DNA of 64,000 nucleotides from a virus: IMG/VR virus record IMGVR_UViG_3300028653_000010; one strand, 5' to 3'. Shown piece by piece: positions 1 to 9,600 of this stretch (position 1 is its first letter; each line of letters starts with the position of its first letter). The notes under the pieces were generated by a model. It saw only the letters and a program-made list of their open reading frames with translations, ran no database searches and was not told where the DNA came from. The position numbers and the translations under genes were made by a program.

Positions 1-1122
1 ACCAAACTTCACTAAACTGAGGGAGTTGCAGACTTCCTGGATGTAGATCAGGCTAGTCATCTGCTTAGTTTCTTCGTAGTTCTTGACCTCTCCGGTTCCA
101 AGCTCGAAGACCCCACTCAATGCCTCTTGGTACTTACGATCTTCAACGGACGAGAGCTCGCAGATCACTTCTCGTGTTGTTAGCGCTGGAAGTTCCTTCG
201 ACACTAAGTGCTTGGGACGACCGTAGAAGAACGGATCAATGGTCTCTCGAAAGTGAGCAAGGTTTTTATAGCCAACGATAATGGGTATCTTCCCCCCACC
301 CTTGACCCTCTGCATCTCGGTCACACAGTACACATTGAGGAAACCAGACTTGCTACCGAATGTCTGGGGTCGAATGACCTTGTAGATTCCGAACCCTTCA
401 ATCAAGTGATTTTGAAGAAGGGTTGCGGTCAAACCCCAAACTCGCTTGGCGCGGTCCGCTAGGAACTTACAAGTCTGATGGGTCTTCGTCGTCGGGTTCT
501 TGCAAGCCTGAACCTCATCAAGGATCAGAGCTAGCTTTGGGATCTTCATCGTCAAGTCATCAAGATACCCTCGACCGGCGATAGTCACAGTCCCCTTCTT
601 CGACCCTGGAGGTGGCTCGGCCTTAGTGATCCCTTGATCCCAATCCCGGACCACTCCATGATAGTTCACCATGAGCACTGCGGGTCCGACATGCTTGGAC
701 CAGTTGCTGTAGGCCTCCTTGCGATGGTTCAAGTCCCCAACAGCCTGGAAGGTCTTGACTCCTGTCGAGAACTTGTCGAACTCAGACGCCCATTGACCTA
801 TAGAGGACTTGGGGCAGACGACCATGACCTTGACCTGAGGATCGCGCTCCCATATGTAGCAAAGAGCTCCAATGGCTTGCAAGGTCTTCCCTAGCCCAGT
901 CCCGTCCCCGAGCACCATCCGATTCATGATCAGAAGGTGGTAGATCCCTTGAACCTGGTAGTATCTAACCTTCAGCTGCTCGAGAGTCCCATCGAACCCA
1001 CGGATCTCTGTTCTGAGCATTGGGGTAGGCTTGATCTCGACAGTGGTACTAGCCCTAACCTTCTTCAGGTGTGCATATACCTTCTCGTACTGTTCTTTGA
1101 CAGCCGCAGACTCTTTGGGCAT
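1..1122 (-). CDS. SNF2-family (SF2) helicase/ATPase, N-terminal part; runs off the left edge of the window
   Basis: Not in the ORF track; translated by hand from the ATG at 1122 (MPKESAAVKEQYEKVY...). Motif I VLGDGTGLGKT, Ia VVCPKS, II ILDEVQACKN, III GLTATLLQN. The frame is open to position 1. Confidence 0.9.
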   Translation of the reverse strand, partial: MPKESAAVKEQYEKVYAHLKKVRASTTVEIKPTPMLRTEIRGFDGTLEQLKVRYYQVQGIYHLLIMNRMVLGDGTGLGKTLQAIGALCYIWERDPQVKVMVVCPKSSIGQWASEFDKFSTGVKTFQAVGDLNHRKEAYSNWSKHVGPAVLMVNYHGVVRDWDQGITKAEPPPGSKKGTVTIAGRGYLDDLTMKIPKLALILDEVQACKNPTTKTHQTCKFLADRAKRVWGLTATLLQNHLIEGFGIYKVIRPQTFGSKSGFLNVYCVTEMQRVKGGGKIPIIVGYKNLAHFRETIDPFFYGRPKHLVSKELPALTTREVICELSSVEDRKYQEALSGVFELGTGEVKNYEETKQMTSLIYIQEVCNSLSLVKFG

Positions 1123-1138
1123 CGGTACTAATACACCG
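1123..1138 (-). promoter_or_regulatory. CGGTGTA-N9-ATG motif upstream of the SNF2 gene (putative promoter/leaderless start element)
   Basis: Minus strand reads CGGTGTA-TTAGTACCG-ATG. The same 7-mer and spacing occur at 2714-2729 and 49890-49905. Confidence 0.55.
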
Positions 1139-1145
1139 ACTAAGA

Positions 1146-2114
1146 TTAAGTTTGACGGGCAAGTCGAGCAGCCCTTTTAGCCTCAACCACTCTTGCTATA
1201 TGTTCAGGTGACTTTGGGCGACCTTTCTGAGCAGCACTCATGTTAGCTCGACGTTCTGGGGTTAGAGGTACTCCACGCCTCTTTGCACCGTTAATTCTAT
1301 TTGCTTCGGTCAACTTAGCAATGTGCTCAGGTGCTAGAGGACGACCTTTTGTAGCTAAACTAAGCTTGGTTTTGTGCTCTAGTGTTAGAGGTTTTGCCCA
1401 AGTATGAGTTACACTTTTAAGTGCCAAGCTTATTTTAGCCTTACGTTCTGGTGATAATGGTACACCTCGTGCAGCAAGGCCTTTGACTCTATTTGACTCA
1501 GCTATCTTCTCTCGATGTTCGGTGGAGAAGACTCGGCCCCTTAGAGCATGACTCAACTTAATTCTATGCTCTTGAGACAATGGCTTCCCTCGATGCCCAG
1601 CAGCTGACTTCTCTACGGCTTTTGGATTTTTAGGCTTTCCTAGATGAGCAGCCGAGATCTTTTTCCTCGTGACTTCAGGTAGGTGTTGCCCTCGCTTAGC
1701 ATCAGCTACTTTCTTTCGAGATTCAGGGGAATGTAACTTAGCTATAACCTCTGGAGGTCTTGGTATACCCTTACGTTTCAATGATTGTCTGAGCCGAGTC
1801 TCTTCGGAAGCTCTCTTACCTCCCATGCCGCCAGATTCAAGGTTGTAACCTTTGCCAGGGTCATTGGATTGAAGCCTAGAGATCCAATCAACTTCTCCTG
1901 AGTAAGCTTCCTCCTCACTCGAGTAGGAAGCTAGTACTGTAAAGGTGAAGTTTTCAACACCATACTTTCTAATCGCACGACTGATGAGCGATACCCAACC
2001 GCGTTTCTTGACGCCTCTATGATACTTCCATCGACTTTTCAAGTTCGTGGTCTTACCAATGTACACTTTTTTACTGAGGTTGTTGGTAATGGAGTATACG
2101 AAGGCCGTAGTCAT
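1146..2114 (-). CDS. Free-standing GIY-YIG homing endonuclease with a long NUMOD3-type repeat array
   Basis: N-terminal FVYSITN..KKVYIGKT...RWKYH and GYNL motifs, then about 12 repeats of the G-x-P-x-S/T-x-E-H/T-R/K-x-K-I/L-S type. The ATG at 2114 overlaps the upstream stop (TGATG); the ORF track uses GTG 2117. Confidence 0.9.
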   Translation of the reverse strand: MTTAFVYSITNNLSKKVYIGKTTNLKSRWKYHRGVKKRGWVSLISRAIRKYGVENFTFTVLASYSSEEEAYSGEVDWISRLQSNDPGKGYNLESGGMGGKRASEETRLRQSLKRKGIPRPPEVIAKLHSPESRKKVADAKRGQHLPEVTRKKISAAHLGKPKNPKAVEKSAAGHRGKPLSQEHRIKLSHALRGRVFSTEHREKIAESNRVKGLAARGVPLSPERKAKISLALKSVTHTWAKPLTLEHKTKLSLATKGRPLAPEHIAKLTEANRINGAKRRGVPLTPERRANMSAAQKGRPKSPEHIARVVEAKRAARLARQT

Positions 2115-2713
2115 CACCAGAGCGCAAAACCAACACCTATACTAGGGTTGTGCTTCAGAGTCCACCATGAAAAAGCGTAACCACCATACAAGGTCATGTT
2201 CTTGAACAAGTCAACACCTAGACCAGCGCCAATGGATCTGAACCCAGTAGCAACGTTGAGGTTGACCGCCTTATAGTAGAGGAAGTCCCACAAGATTCCG
2301 ATGTCAACTCCATCAACCGCCTTAGTACTGGAGAAACCATCGACGAACAAGTAACTCCCTGCAAACTTAGGACGGAATCTGAAACCCCATACTGGTGGCT
2401 CATTCTTGGCGACGACCAAGGCCACCTTACCCGTAGTGGTCACCTCGTAGGTGCACCAAGTCAGTTTCAAGGAGTATGGTTTGGGCTCATCACCGGAGTA
2501 GTAAACTCGACCATCCTTATCCACTATAACAGCGATAGGATCCAACTGAAAAGTGGGTTGAGTCTTCTGCAGGCACTGCTTCTCTTGTGCCAAGGTGATA
2601 AAAGTCTTCAGATCAACGTCTGAGACACAAGTCGAACCCGAGGCACACGCTCCTTGAGCTTGTGCTGCCACAGGCCATAGGAGCAACGTCAAGGCAGTCA
2701 GGAGGCGTTTCAT
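2114..2713 (-). CDS. Exported protein with C-terminal amphipathic beta strands (outer-membrane beta-barrel-like)
   Basis: Sec signal MKRLLTALTLLLWPVAAQA, a Cys-containing N domain, and about 6 alternating hydrophobic strands ending PSIGVGFALW (terminal aromatic residue typical of BAM substrates). Confidence 0.6.
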   Translation of the reverse strand: MKRLLTALTLLLWPVAAQAQGACASGSTCVSDVDLKTFITLAQEKQCLQKTQPTFQLDPIAVIVDKDGRVYYSGDEPKPYSLKLTWCTYEVTTTGKVALVVAKNEPPVWGFRFRPKFAGSYLFVDGFSSTKAVDGVDIGILWDFLYYKAVNLNVATGFRSIGAGLGVDLFKNMTLYGGYAFSWWTLKHNPSIGVGFALW

Positions 2714-2737
2714 GGTCACCTCTACACCGGAGGTGAC
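2714..2737 (-). promoter_or_regulatory. CGGTGTA-N9-ATG motif within a perfect 8-bp hairpin that covers the GAGGTG Shine-Dalgarno
   Basis: Minus strand GTCACCTC-CGGTGTA-GAGGTGAC-C-ATG. Confidence 0.55.
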
Positions 2738-2739
2738 GC

Positions 2740-3639
2740 CTACCGCCTAGCCCGTGCAAATAAGGACTTCTGTCCTGTTGACTGGTCCTGATTCTTGGAT
2801 CTGAAGTCACCCCACTTCTTACCGAAGTCCAAGTTAAGCTTCAAAGCCTCATCGAGGGCTTTGATTGCAGTAGATATGCAGAGGTTAACGTCTTCGCAAT
2901 CTTCGAACTTGGTGCTAGCCATTGGAAGACCGATAACGTTATGCCGAACTGTATCGAGAAGGTCCTTATTCTGCTTAGCGAAAACTCGCTGAGCTTTGAC
3001 GTACTCCTCGTACTCCCTGGTTAGTGTGAATCCGCTAGAGAAGGGCTCTTCCTGAATCCACCAAGCATCCATGACAAGTTGGTCGATACTGCTGGCACTA
3101 GAACCTGCAAAAGCATACCACTCATCGCAAGCATAGATAACATCACTGAAGACACTCACTACATCTTGCAAAGTATGAGCAACTAGAGCTGGCTTCAGTA
3201 TCTTAGTCCCAACTCCGGCGGACTTCAGGGCAGCCTTACCCAGACTGTTTATGACGCTCTCGACCTTATTGAGAGGCCTATCACTAGAGAATGTACTGTA
3301 CGCTCGTAGGGGGGAGCCCTTCTTTGCAACCTTGACTAGGTTCACGAGCTGAGTCTGAAACCTCTGAATCCCCTTGATGTTGATCCCAAGCTTCTCCAAT
3401 TTACCAGGAATCTCGTCAACAGCAGTAGAAAATGCATTCAATGCACTTTTTGCTGCTGACTCATGCCTAGAGGTGGACGTCTTTACCTCAGCGAGGATGG
3501 AGTCCGCTTCCTTCAATGATCGGATAGCCCGTTGGTAGTCGTTAGTATCTATCGGGTTTGCGTTCCTAATAGAGGCGAAACGAAACTTTACACGAGCTGC
3601 GATGAGTTGGTCAAGGGGGTTGAGCTTGGGGTCCATCAC
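2740..3639 (-). CDS. Hypothetical alpha-helical protein
   Basis: 299-aa ORF coupled to the upstream gene; no recognisable motif. Confidence 0.7.
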   Translation of the reverse strand: MMDPKLNPLDQLIAARVKFRFASIRNANPIDTNDYQRAIRSLKEADSILAEVKTSTSRHESAAKSALNAFSTAVDEIPGKLEKLGINIKGIQRFQTQLVNLVKVAKKGSPLRAYSTFSSDRPLNKVESVINSLGKAALKSAGVGTKILKPALVAHTLQDVVSVFSDVIYACDEWYAFAGSSASSIDQLVMDAWWIQEEPFSSGFTLTREYEEYVKAQRVFAKQNKDLLDTVRHNVIGLPMASTKFEDCEDVNLCISTAIKALDEALKLNLDFGKKWGDFRSKNQDQSTGQKSLFARARR

Positions 3640-4205
3640 TTACGATATTTGTTAAGAAGATCCTCAACTGTCTGCGCAGATACTCCTGAGGTGTCTTTAA
3701 CTGTGACAGCTACCACGTTCGGCTGAACTATGATAACCTGATCTACTTGCTTGCTGGTTACACCTGTAGGTAGGGGGATCACTGTCGGCTGGGTGTCACC
3801 CGGAGCCACATAAGTAACTGTACTTGGGTCTGAGAATATCCCAGGGGTCTGGATCGGTACGACTACCGCCTGAGTATCACCCTTCGGATCTGGATCTCCC
3901 TGGGGGATGAGTTTGCCATCAGGGCCAACACGCTTGGGGTCGATGGTGTTGGCTGTCTCTACTGTTGGCCCACCTGGATTAGTCCCACCCTTCTTCCCGA
4001 GCAGCTTCCCTAGGATGCCACCAATCTGGAGTTCCTTGAACCCCATGGAGACTAGAACGACAGCAATTACTATTATGACAAGGGCCGCGAGCGGGCCCAA
4101 AACTTTGGGGCTGAGCTTCTTTATGAAGGCCCAAATCCCGAAAAAGAAACCTACAAACGCCTTCCAGAACCTAGTTCCGAAGGACTCTGTGCTTGATTCA
4201 GTCAT
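3636..4205 (-). CDS. Inner-membrane protein with N-terminal TM segment(s) and a Pro/Thr/Val-rich C-terminal domain (lysis-cassette associated?)
   Basis: Hydrophobic FWKAFVGFFFGIWAFI and LAALVIIVIAVVLVSMGF segments; lies directly downstream of the holin-like gene. Confidence 0.55.
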   Translation of the reverse strand: MTESSTESFGTRFWKAFVGFFFGIWAFIKKLSPKVLGPLAALVIIVIAVVLVSMGFKELQIGGILGKLLGKKGGTNPGGPTVETANTIDPKRVGPDGKLIPQGDPDPKGDTQAVVVPIQTPGIFSDPSTVTYVAPGDTQPTVIPLPTGVTSKQVDQVIIVQPNVVAVTVKDTSGVSAQTVEDLLNKYRK

Positions 4206-4217
4206 TTATGGTTAACC

Positions 4218-4679
4218 TTAGGCAGCCTTGGGGGGCTCTGACTTTGGAGGAGCAGGGGGAATAGGACCATCGAGCCTAGGGGCTTTCAATGCAATAGGCT
4301 CGTCTGCCTCATCTACCGAGAAGTCAGATCTGCTCTTCAGCCAACCTCGGATTCTATTGTAGATGAAAGCCGAGAACAAACCACAGATACACCCGTACAA
4401 GAACCTAGCAAGCTTCGTCTTGATCGCAAAGTCTGGCCAAACGAAGGTTTTTGCGGCAAAACTCAATCCGCCACCGATCATGATTGGGAGTATCGGTACA
4501 ACTACCTCCTCCCAAATTCTACTGGACACGGATACCTTCTTGGCTTCACCCTGCTGGATGAGGATACTCCAAGTGCCCTCGATTACCCTACGAATCAAGT
4601 AAGTTACGACGTAGATTGCCAAACAGAGATAGATCGTTTGGACGTTGAAAATACTGCTGGCTAGGCTATTGATGTCCAT
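4218..4679 (-). CDS. Putative holin (about 3 TM segments, charged/Pro-rich C-terminal tail)
   Basis: TM-like IYLCLAIYVVTYLI, VVVPILPIMIGGGLSFAA and FLYGCICGLFSAFIY; small size; positioned after the tail-fibre genes. Confidence 0.6.
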   Translation of the reverse strand: MDINSLASSIFNVQTIYLCLAIYVVTYLIRRVIEGTWSILIQQGEAKKVSVSSRIWEEVVVPILPIMIGGGLSFAAKTFVWPDFAIKTKLARFLYGCICGLFSAFIYNRIRGWLKSRSDFSVDEADEPIALKAPRLDGPIPPAPPKSEPPKAA

Positions 4680-4693
4680 CTTTTTCTGGTTCC

Positions 4694-4722
4694 TATCTAG
4701 GGGTATACAAAACCCCTAGATA
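4694..4722. promoter_or_regulatory. Perfect 11-bp inverted repeat just upstream of the holin RBS, in a divergent intergenic region
   Basis: TATCTAGGGGT-ATACAAA-ACCCCTAGATA. Confidence 0.5.
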
Positions 4723-4824
4723 AGTGAAAAAGTCACCCACAAGTACTACGGGGTGAGATATCCAGAAAAGATGAGGGGATTTAGGTTTCTTGTTGAGAAC
4801 CAGGCTGCTCGGACGTAATACTGT

Positions 4825-6576
4825 ATGAGGCATAAAATGTCCAAGTTCCAGACCATAATCGCACTAGTTCTCGTACTCACCGCTTGCGGAAGTAATTCTG
4901 ATGGAACCCCAGTTTCCGTGAGCACGGTAGAGAGTACTGGTGGATCAGCGACCCTGAATACAGAGACTGGGTCTACGGGTGGCTCCTCTTCCGAGTCTAC
5001 GGGTGGCTCCTCGGCTAATGTAGCGGGGACCTCAGCGGTAGTTGGCGAGACGGGCGGGGACCAAGGACAAGCCACCGGCGGAAGCTCCCCCCAGAGTACA
5101 ACCTCTACGGGCGGGTTCAGCTCGATAGGCACCACGACTCCAAAGGGTACCGGCGGGAGCCCACAAGGTACCGGAGGATCAAAGGCAACTGGAGGATCAA
5201 AGGCAACTGGAGGATCAAAGGCAACCGGCGGAAGTTCTACTCAGGGTACCGGAGGATCAAAGGCAACCGGCGGAAGTTCAACCAAGGGTACCGGCGGTTC
5301 AGCTCCAGGCACCGGTGGAAGCCAAGCCACGGGAGGTTCAGCTCCAGGCACCGGAGGTTCAACTCCAGGCACCGGTGGCTCAACTCCAGGCACCGGTGGC
5401 TCAACTCCAGGCACCGGTGGCTCAACTCCAGGCACCGGTGGAAGCCCTTCGACGGGTGGAAGCTCTGCAGTAGCTCCTCCAGTCCCCACTCAGGTATCAG
5501 TTGGTTCAAGCCAAACCTGCACAGTATTGAGCAACGGCAACATCAAGTGTTGGGGGTTAAACAAGTCTGGTCAACTTGGGAACGGAACAACTAACAACAA
5601 TGCGACCCCTGTCCAAGTTACTGGAATCTCGAATGCTGTCAAAGTATCGACATACACGAGCCATACTTGCGCTCTCTTGAATGATGGTACTGTCAAATGC
5701 TGGGGCTCCGATGCTGACGGTGAGCTTGGAGATGGACGCTCTTTGCCCAATGATGCTGACCCTTACACCCCCAACCCAAACCCAGTTCAGTTCCTCGGGG
5801 TGTCAAATGCGATTGATGTCGTTGTTGGGAACTTCTACACCTGTGTCCTTCTTGCTGACCATACCGTATGGTGTGTAGGGTACAACAAGTATGGGACCCT
5901 TGGTAACGGCATTGATGGCACTTCGAGCGACTACTACTACTCTGCAACCCTAACTCAGGTGGTCGGGATCACCAACGCGATAGGGATAGCGGCAAACGCA
6001 AGCTTCGCTTGCGCCTTGCTGAGTGACAAGACCATCAAGTGCTGGGGGCAAAGTCTCAACGGAGAGTTTGCAACAACTACTACCACCAAGTCAACATCAA
6101 CCCCAATAGCAATTCAGAGCATCTCGAATGCTATTCAGTTCTCTGTTGGGTCCAGCAATATCTGCTACATATCTGATGCCAACCAATCTTTTTGCTGGGG
6201 GTCACAATACAATAGCACAGTACCAACCCTAGCCCCCTCCACAATAACCTATCAGACGATTAGCTTACAGAACTCTGGGATAGCAGCAGGCTCATCCCAT
6301 GCCTGTGGAGTTTACAGCCGCCCCTCACTCACTACAACCTCAGAAGTTGAATGCTGGGGTTTTAACGAGAGTGGTGAGTTAGGTGATGGAACAACGAAGA
6401 CCAACAATATCGGCGTAGTTGTACCTGGGATCCTAGACGCCACAAGCGTGGCAGTCGGGGCTAATGAATCGACCTGCGCAGTTCTCAAGAGTGGAACTAT
6501 AAAGTGCTGGGGCAAGCTGACTGGCAACTTGTCCTTACCTGTGAGTTCATCTCCAGTAACTCCCGACGGATTCTGA
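4825..6576 (+). CDS. Lipoprotein with a Gly/Thr/Ser (TGGS) repeat stalk and an RCC1/BLIP-II-like beta-propeller
   Basis: Lipobox LVLTAC, a long TGGS-repeat linker, and about 7 RCC1-like repeats (e.g. HTCALLNDGTVKCWGSDADGELGDG). It is the only credible plus-strand gene. Confidence 0.88.
   Translation: MRHKMSKFQTIIALVLVLTACGSNSDGTPVSVSTVESTGGSATLNTETGSTGGSSSESTGGSSANVAGTSAVVGETGGDQGQATGGSSPQSTTSTGGFSSIGTTTPKGTGGSPQGTGGSKATGGSKATGGSKATGGSSTQGTGGSKATGGSSTKGTGGSAPGTGGSQATGGSAPGTGGSTPGTGGSTPGTGGSTPGTGGSTPGTGGSPSTGGSSAVAPPVPTQVSVGSSQTCTVLSNGNIKCWGLNKSGQLGNGTTNNNATPVQVTGISNAVKVSTYTSHTCALLNDGTVKCWGSDADGELGDGRSLPNDADPYTPNPNPVQFLGVSNAIDVVVGNFYTCVLLADHTVWCVGYNKYGTLGNGIDGTSSDYYYSATLTQVVGITNAIGIAANASFACALLSDKTIKCWGQSLNGEFATTTTTKSTSTPIAIQSISNAIQFSVGSSNICYISDANQSFCWGSQYNSTVPTLAPSTITYQTISLQNSGIAAGSSHACGVYSRPSLTTTSEVECWGFNESGELGDGTTKTNNIGVVVPGILDATSVAVGANESTCAVLKSGTIKCWGKLTGNLSLPVSSSPVTPDGF
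5173..5445 (+). repeat. Coding tandem repeats (18-nt GGAGGATCAAAGGCAACT x3; 21-nt ACTCCAGGCACCGGTGGCTCA x~4)
   Basis: Directly visible at 5173-5226 and 5362-5445; they encode GGSKAT and TPGTGGS units. Confidence 0.9.
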
Positions 6577-6595
6577 TAGTCAAGTAGAAGCATAA

Positions 6596-6626
6596 AGGGC
6601 TCACTGGCGCACAGCCGGTGAGCCCT
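6596..6626. terminator. Probable bidirectional terminator hairpin between convergent genes
   Basis: AGGGCTCACTGGC-GCACA-GCCGGTGAGCCCT, a 13-bp stem with one wobble, between the stops at 6576 (+) and 6636 (-). Confidence 0.7.
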
Positions 6627-6635
6627 CTTGGTTTA

Positions 6636-9600
6636 TCAAGTACCTGCTGCACCTACGACATGCTTGGCAAACAACCACTTGCCACCAGTATGCGGGGTAG
6701 TCACGTCTAGAGATCCACCACTAACCGAAGCCTCTGGTTTAATCTCGACAGTTCCAGAGCTAACATTCGGAATAGTGAAGGAGAAGGGTACCGTTAGGTA
6801 CACATCAACACCATTGTCCATAGGGAATTGATACGAGGTGATGTCCAATGGAGTAACTCCATCAACTATTATCAAGTGGAAGCTAGCTGCGTTACCAGCA
6901 GATGCCGCTGCTACCAAGTGGACAATGACTGAACCCTCTAGAATGTCACCCCCCTCTACAGCGAACGACTGCGCGAACGCACTAAGCAGGACTGGAGAGG
7001 ATGAAGTGACAGGGTTAGCCGAAGTTATTGGGTTAACGATACTAGCACTGTTAACAACAACCCTCTCTGAAACACCCTCAAGGTATCGAGTAACAGAGCT
7101 ACCATCTGAATACTTGAGTTGTGTACTAGAGGATATCGGGCTGCCAACTGCGTAAATAGCACTAGTGCAGTTGAGCGGCATAGTCGGTGGATCTGTAGTA
7201 GAATCAACAATCCCTATGCCATTATTACCACTGCTAGACCCTCGGAAGGCCAAACCAGTTCTATCTGCTCCTAGTGTCGGGTAAGCCTCAGAACCTAGGA
7301 ACAAGTTGATGGCTCCAGCATTACCTCCACTGGGACCATGAGCACCTGAGACTAGAACGAGGTCCCCACCGTTATGGGATGAACCACCAGCTTGATCACC
7401 TTTTTGGGCTTGTACCTTGAGTACAGTACCATCTTGACCTGCAACTGCATCCTGCTGAGAGATAACAGGGTGAAATACTGTTGGATCAAAGTTAAGAGCG
7501 CTAACATCAACAGTAACCGCTGCCTGATTGATAGTGGCCACTGTCACTGGTGAGGGAGACATGGTTGTACCAGTCTCAACCTGTAAGAACACCTGACCCG
7601 AGCGAGCAAAAGAACCCTTACCAGCCTTCAGGTAAATGTCACCACCCTGATGCTGATGAGAGACATCACCCGTGGCGTTACCAGCAAAGATACCCAGGTC
7701 ACCACCCTTGCCGAAGAAAGCTGCTGCTACATCAGCAGACTTAATGGTGAGGGTTTCACCATCACCATTAACGGGTTTCTGCCCTATCTTAGGGGCTAGA
7801 ACTCTTGAACTAAAAGTCAGACTATAGACGTCAATAGCGTTCGGATCACCCAACTCGGTGATATTGTGGTCAAAAAATGTACTCTCAATGTCGGTAGCAC
7901 TGATCAGTACATTAGTGCGTAATCCATTAGATATTTGAACAGTTCCAGTTCGACCTGATCCGGTGCCATGCCCTGCTACGATATGAATAATACCACCATC
8001 GTTATTCCCAGGGGCTGCAGTCTGGGACTTAATGGTGAGTGTGGATCCATTACCTGATACAGCATCAGCTTGATCTATTGTGGTGTTGGTAGTCTCAGCA
8101 GTGAAGTGTATTCCATAGTCCCCAGCACTATCTGGACCAAGAATGAGATCCGTATTGGTGAAGCTAACTACTGTAACAAGAGGTCCTATCCTAACGGATA
8201 CTGAACCATTAGTGATAGTACCAAGCCCCGCTGATATGGTGACATTTCCACCATTACCAGAGACACCCGCAGTCCCACCTCGGATAGCAACACTCCCACC
8301 ATTCCCGTTGAAGGTGGTGCCGCCTGCTAGAGTAACTCCACCACCATTACCTGAAGAACCCGTGCAGGCTCCACCCGTTAGAACGAGCCCACCAGCGGAT
8401 CCAGAACCGCTTGAGGTTCCAGGAGTAAGTATGAGGTTGCCTGTGCCAGCAGTCCCCGTACCGTCTCCAGTACTAACAATTAGCGAACTGGTGGTACCAG
8501 AGGATAGATTAGAAGTACTAATGCGTGAGGCATTAGTGAATGTGATTGCATTGGACGAGACTACTACGTTTCCAGCAACTAATAGATTGTCAATCAAAAC
8601 CAGTGCTGTGAGGGTAGGGATGTTTGTCCAGAAGTTGCGGACCCCATCACTGGCGTAGACAGTATCATTCGCGCCAATCGGAATAGCTGGTGTCGGAGAA
8701 GGAGCCGTGATCTGAGCGATAGTCTTCCCAAGAGGGAGTTGGATCACACTTGGGTCAACATCGTAGAATGTGTGATTGCTTAGAAGGGGGTGGCCTTCGA
8801 TACGGTAGGTGTCAGCCGCTGCATACCCTTCACTTGACCCATTCGTCCCCAATAGGATCATGGCTTCGATTGGGGTCGTCCCAAGCTCCATGACCTGGGT
8901 AGCGATGGTCATCATCAGCTCGTCACCGCCGGAGACCTCAGTTGACCCAACGGAGGTAGGAGCATTCCTAACAAGGAACGCACGACCGACAAGGACTCGA
9001 GTACCCTTACCAGAACCCAAGAGCCTGGAGTAAGTGGCAAAGATCTCACCGCCAGGTCGATCCCCAGAACCAACGAAAGCTGAGCCACCTCGATTGGTCC
9101 TGTAGTTAAGCAACTGAGTGTAATCGGAGGACTCTCCGTCAACCATCACCAGGACGTCACCAGGCACGCCCGCGGATACAGAAGCCGGCATCGCCAAAAC
9201 CTCTGTCTGATCTAACTCTAAGGTGCGAGCGAGACCCGCGACCCCCGAGCCTACGCCAGCTGTATCCATGTAGACAAAGGGTGAGGACAACTCATCCGAG
9301 AACCTGGACCCATGAAAGTCTTTGTCGCGGTATAGCGCGCCCAAGGGGAGCCGTTCAGTGCACCCTAGGTACTCTGGGTTGGCTTCTAGATCCCCGTAGT
9401 TGGCGAGGCTCCCAAGCGCTCCAGACTTGACGAGAGGTCTTGGGTTAGATGGCCCAAGAGGCGGATAAGGTGCGCTTGGGTCAGTTGGATCTTCGTACCC
9501 TACGTTTCGAATGTCGTAAGCATTCGCTACCGAGAAGTCACCAGAGAGACGACCGGTACCCAACGTGGTCACGAAACCAATTGAAGCTAGGACCTCTACT

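Noticed and set aside
208-1131. Three short plus-strand ORFs in the track
   Set aside because: They lie antisense to the SNF2 gene, which the track missed because it lacks a stop codon in the window.
5173-5445. Tandem repeats as a possible CRISPR array
   Set aside because: No unique spacers; unit lengths are multiples of 3 and in frame within a coding linker.
4746-5509. Minus-strand repetitive ORFs (PPVPGVE / HRCLELS repeats)
   Set aside because: Antisense and alternate-frame read-outs of the TGGS tandem repeats.
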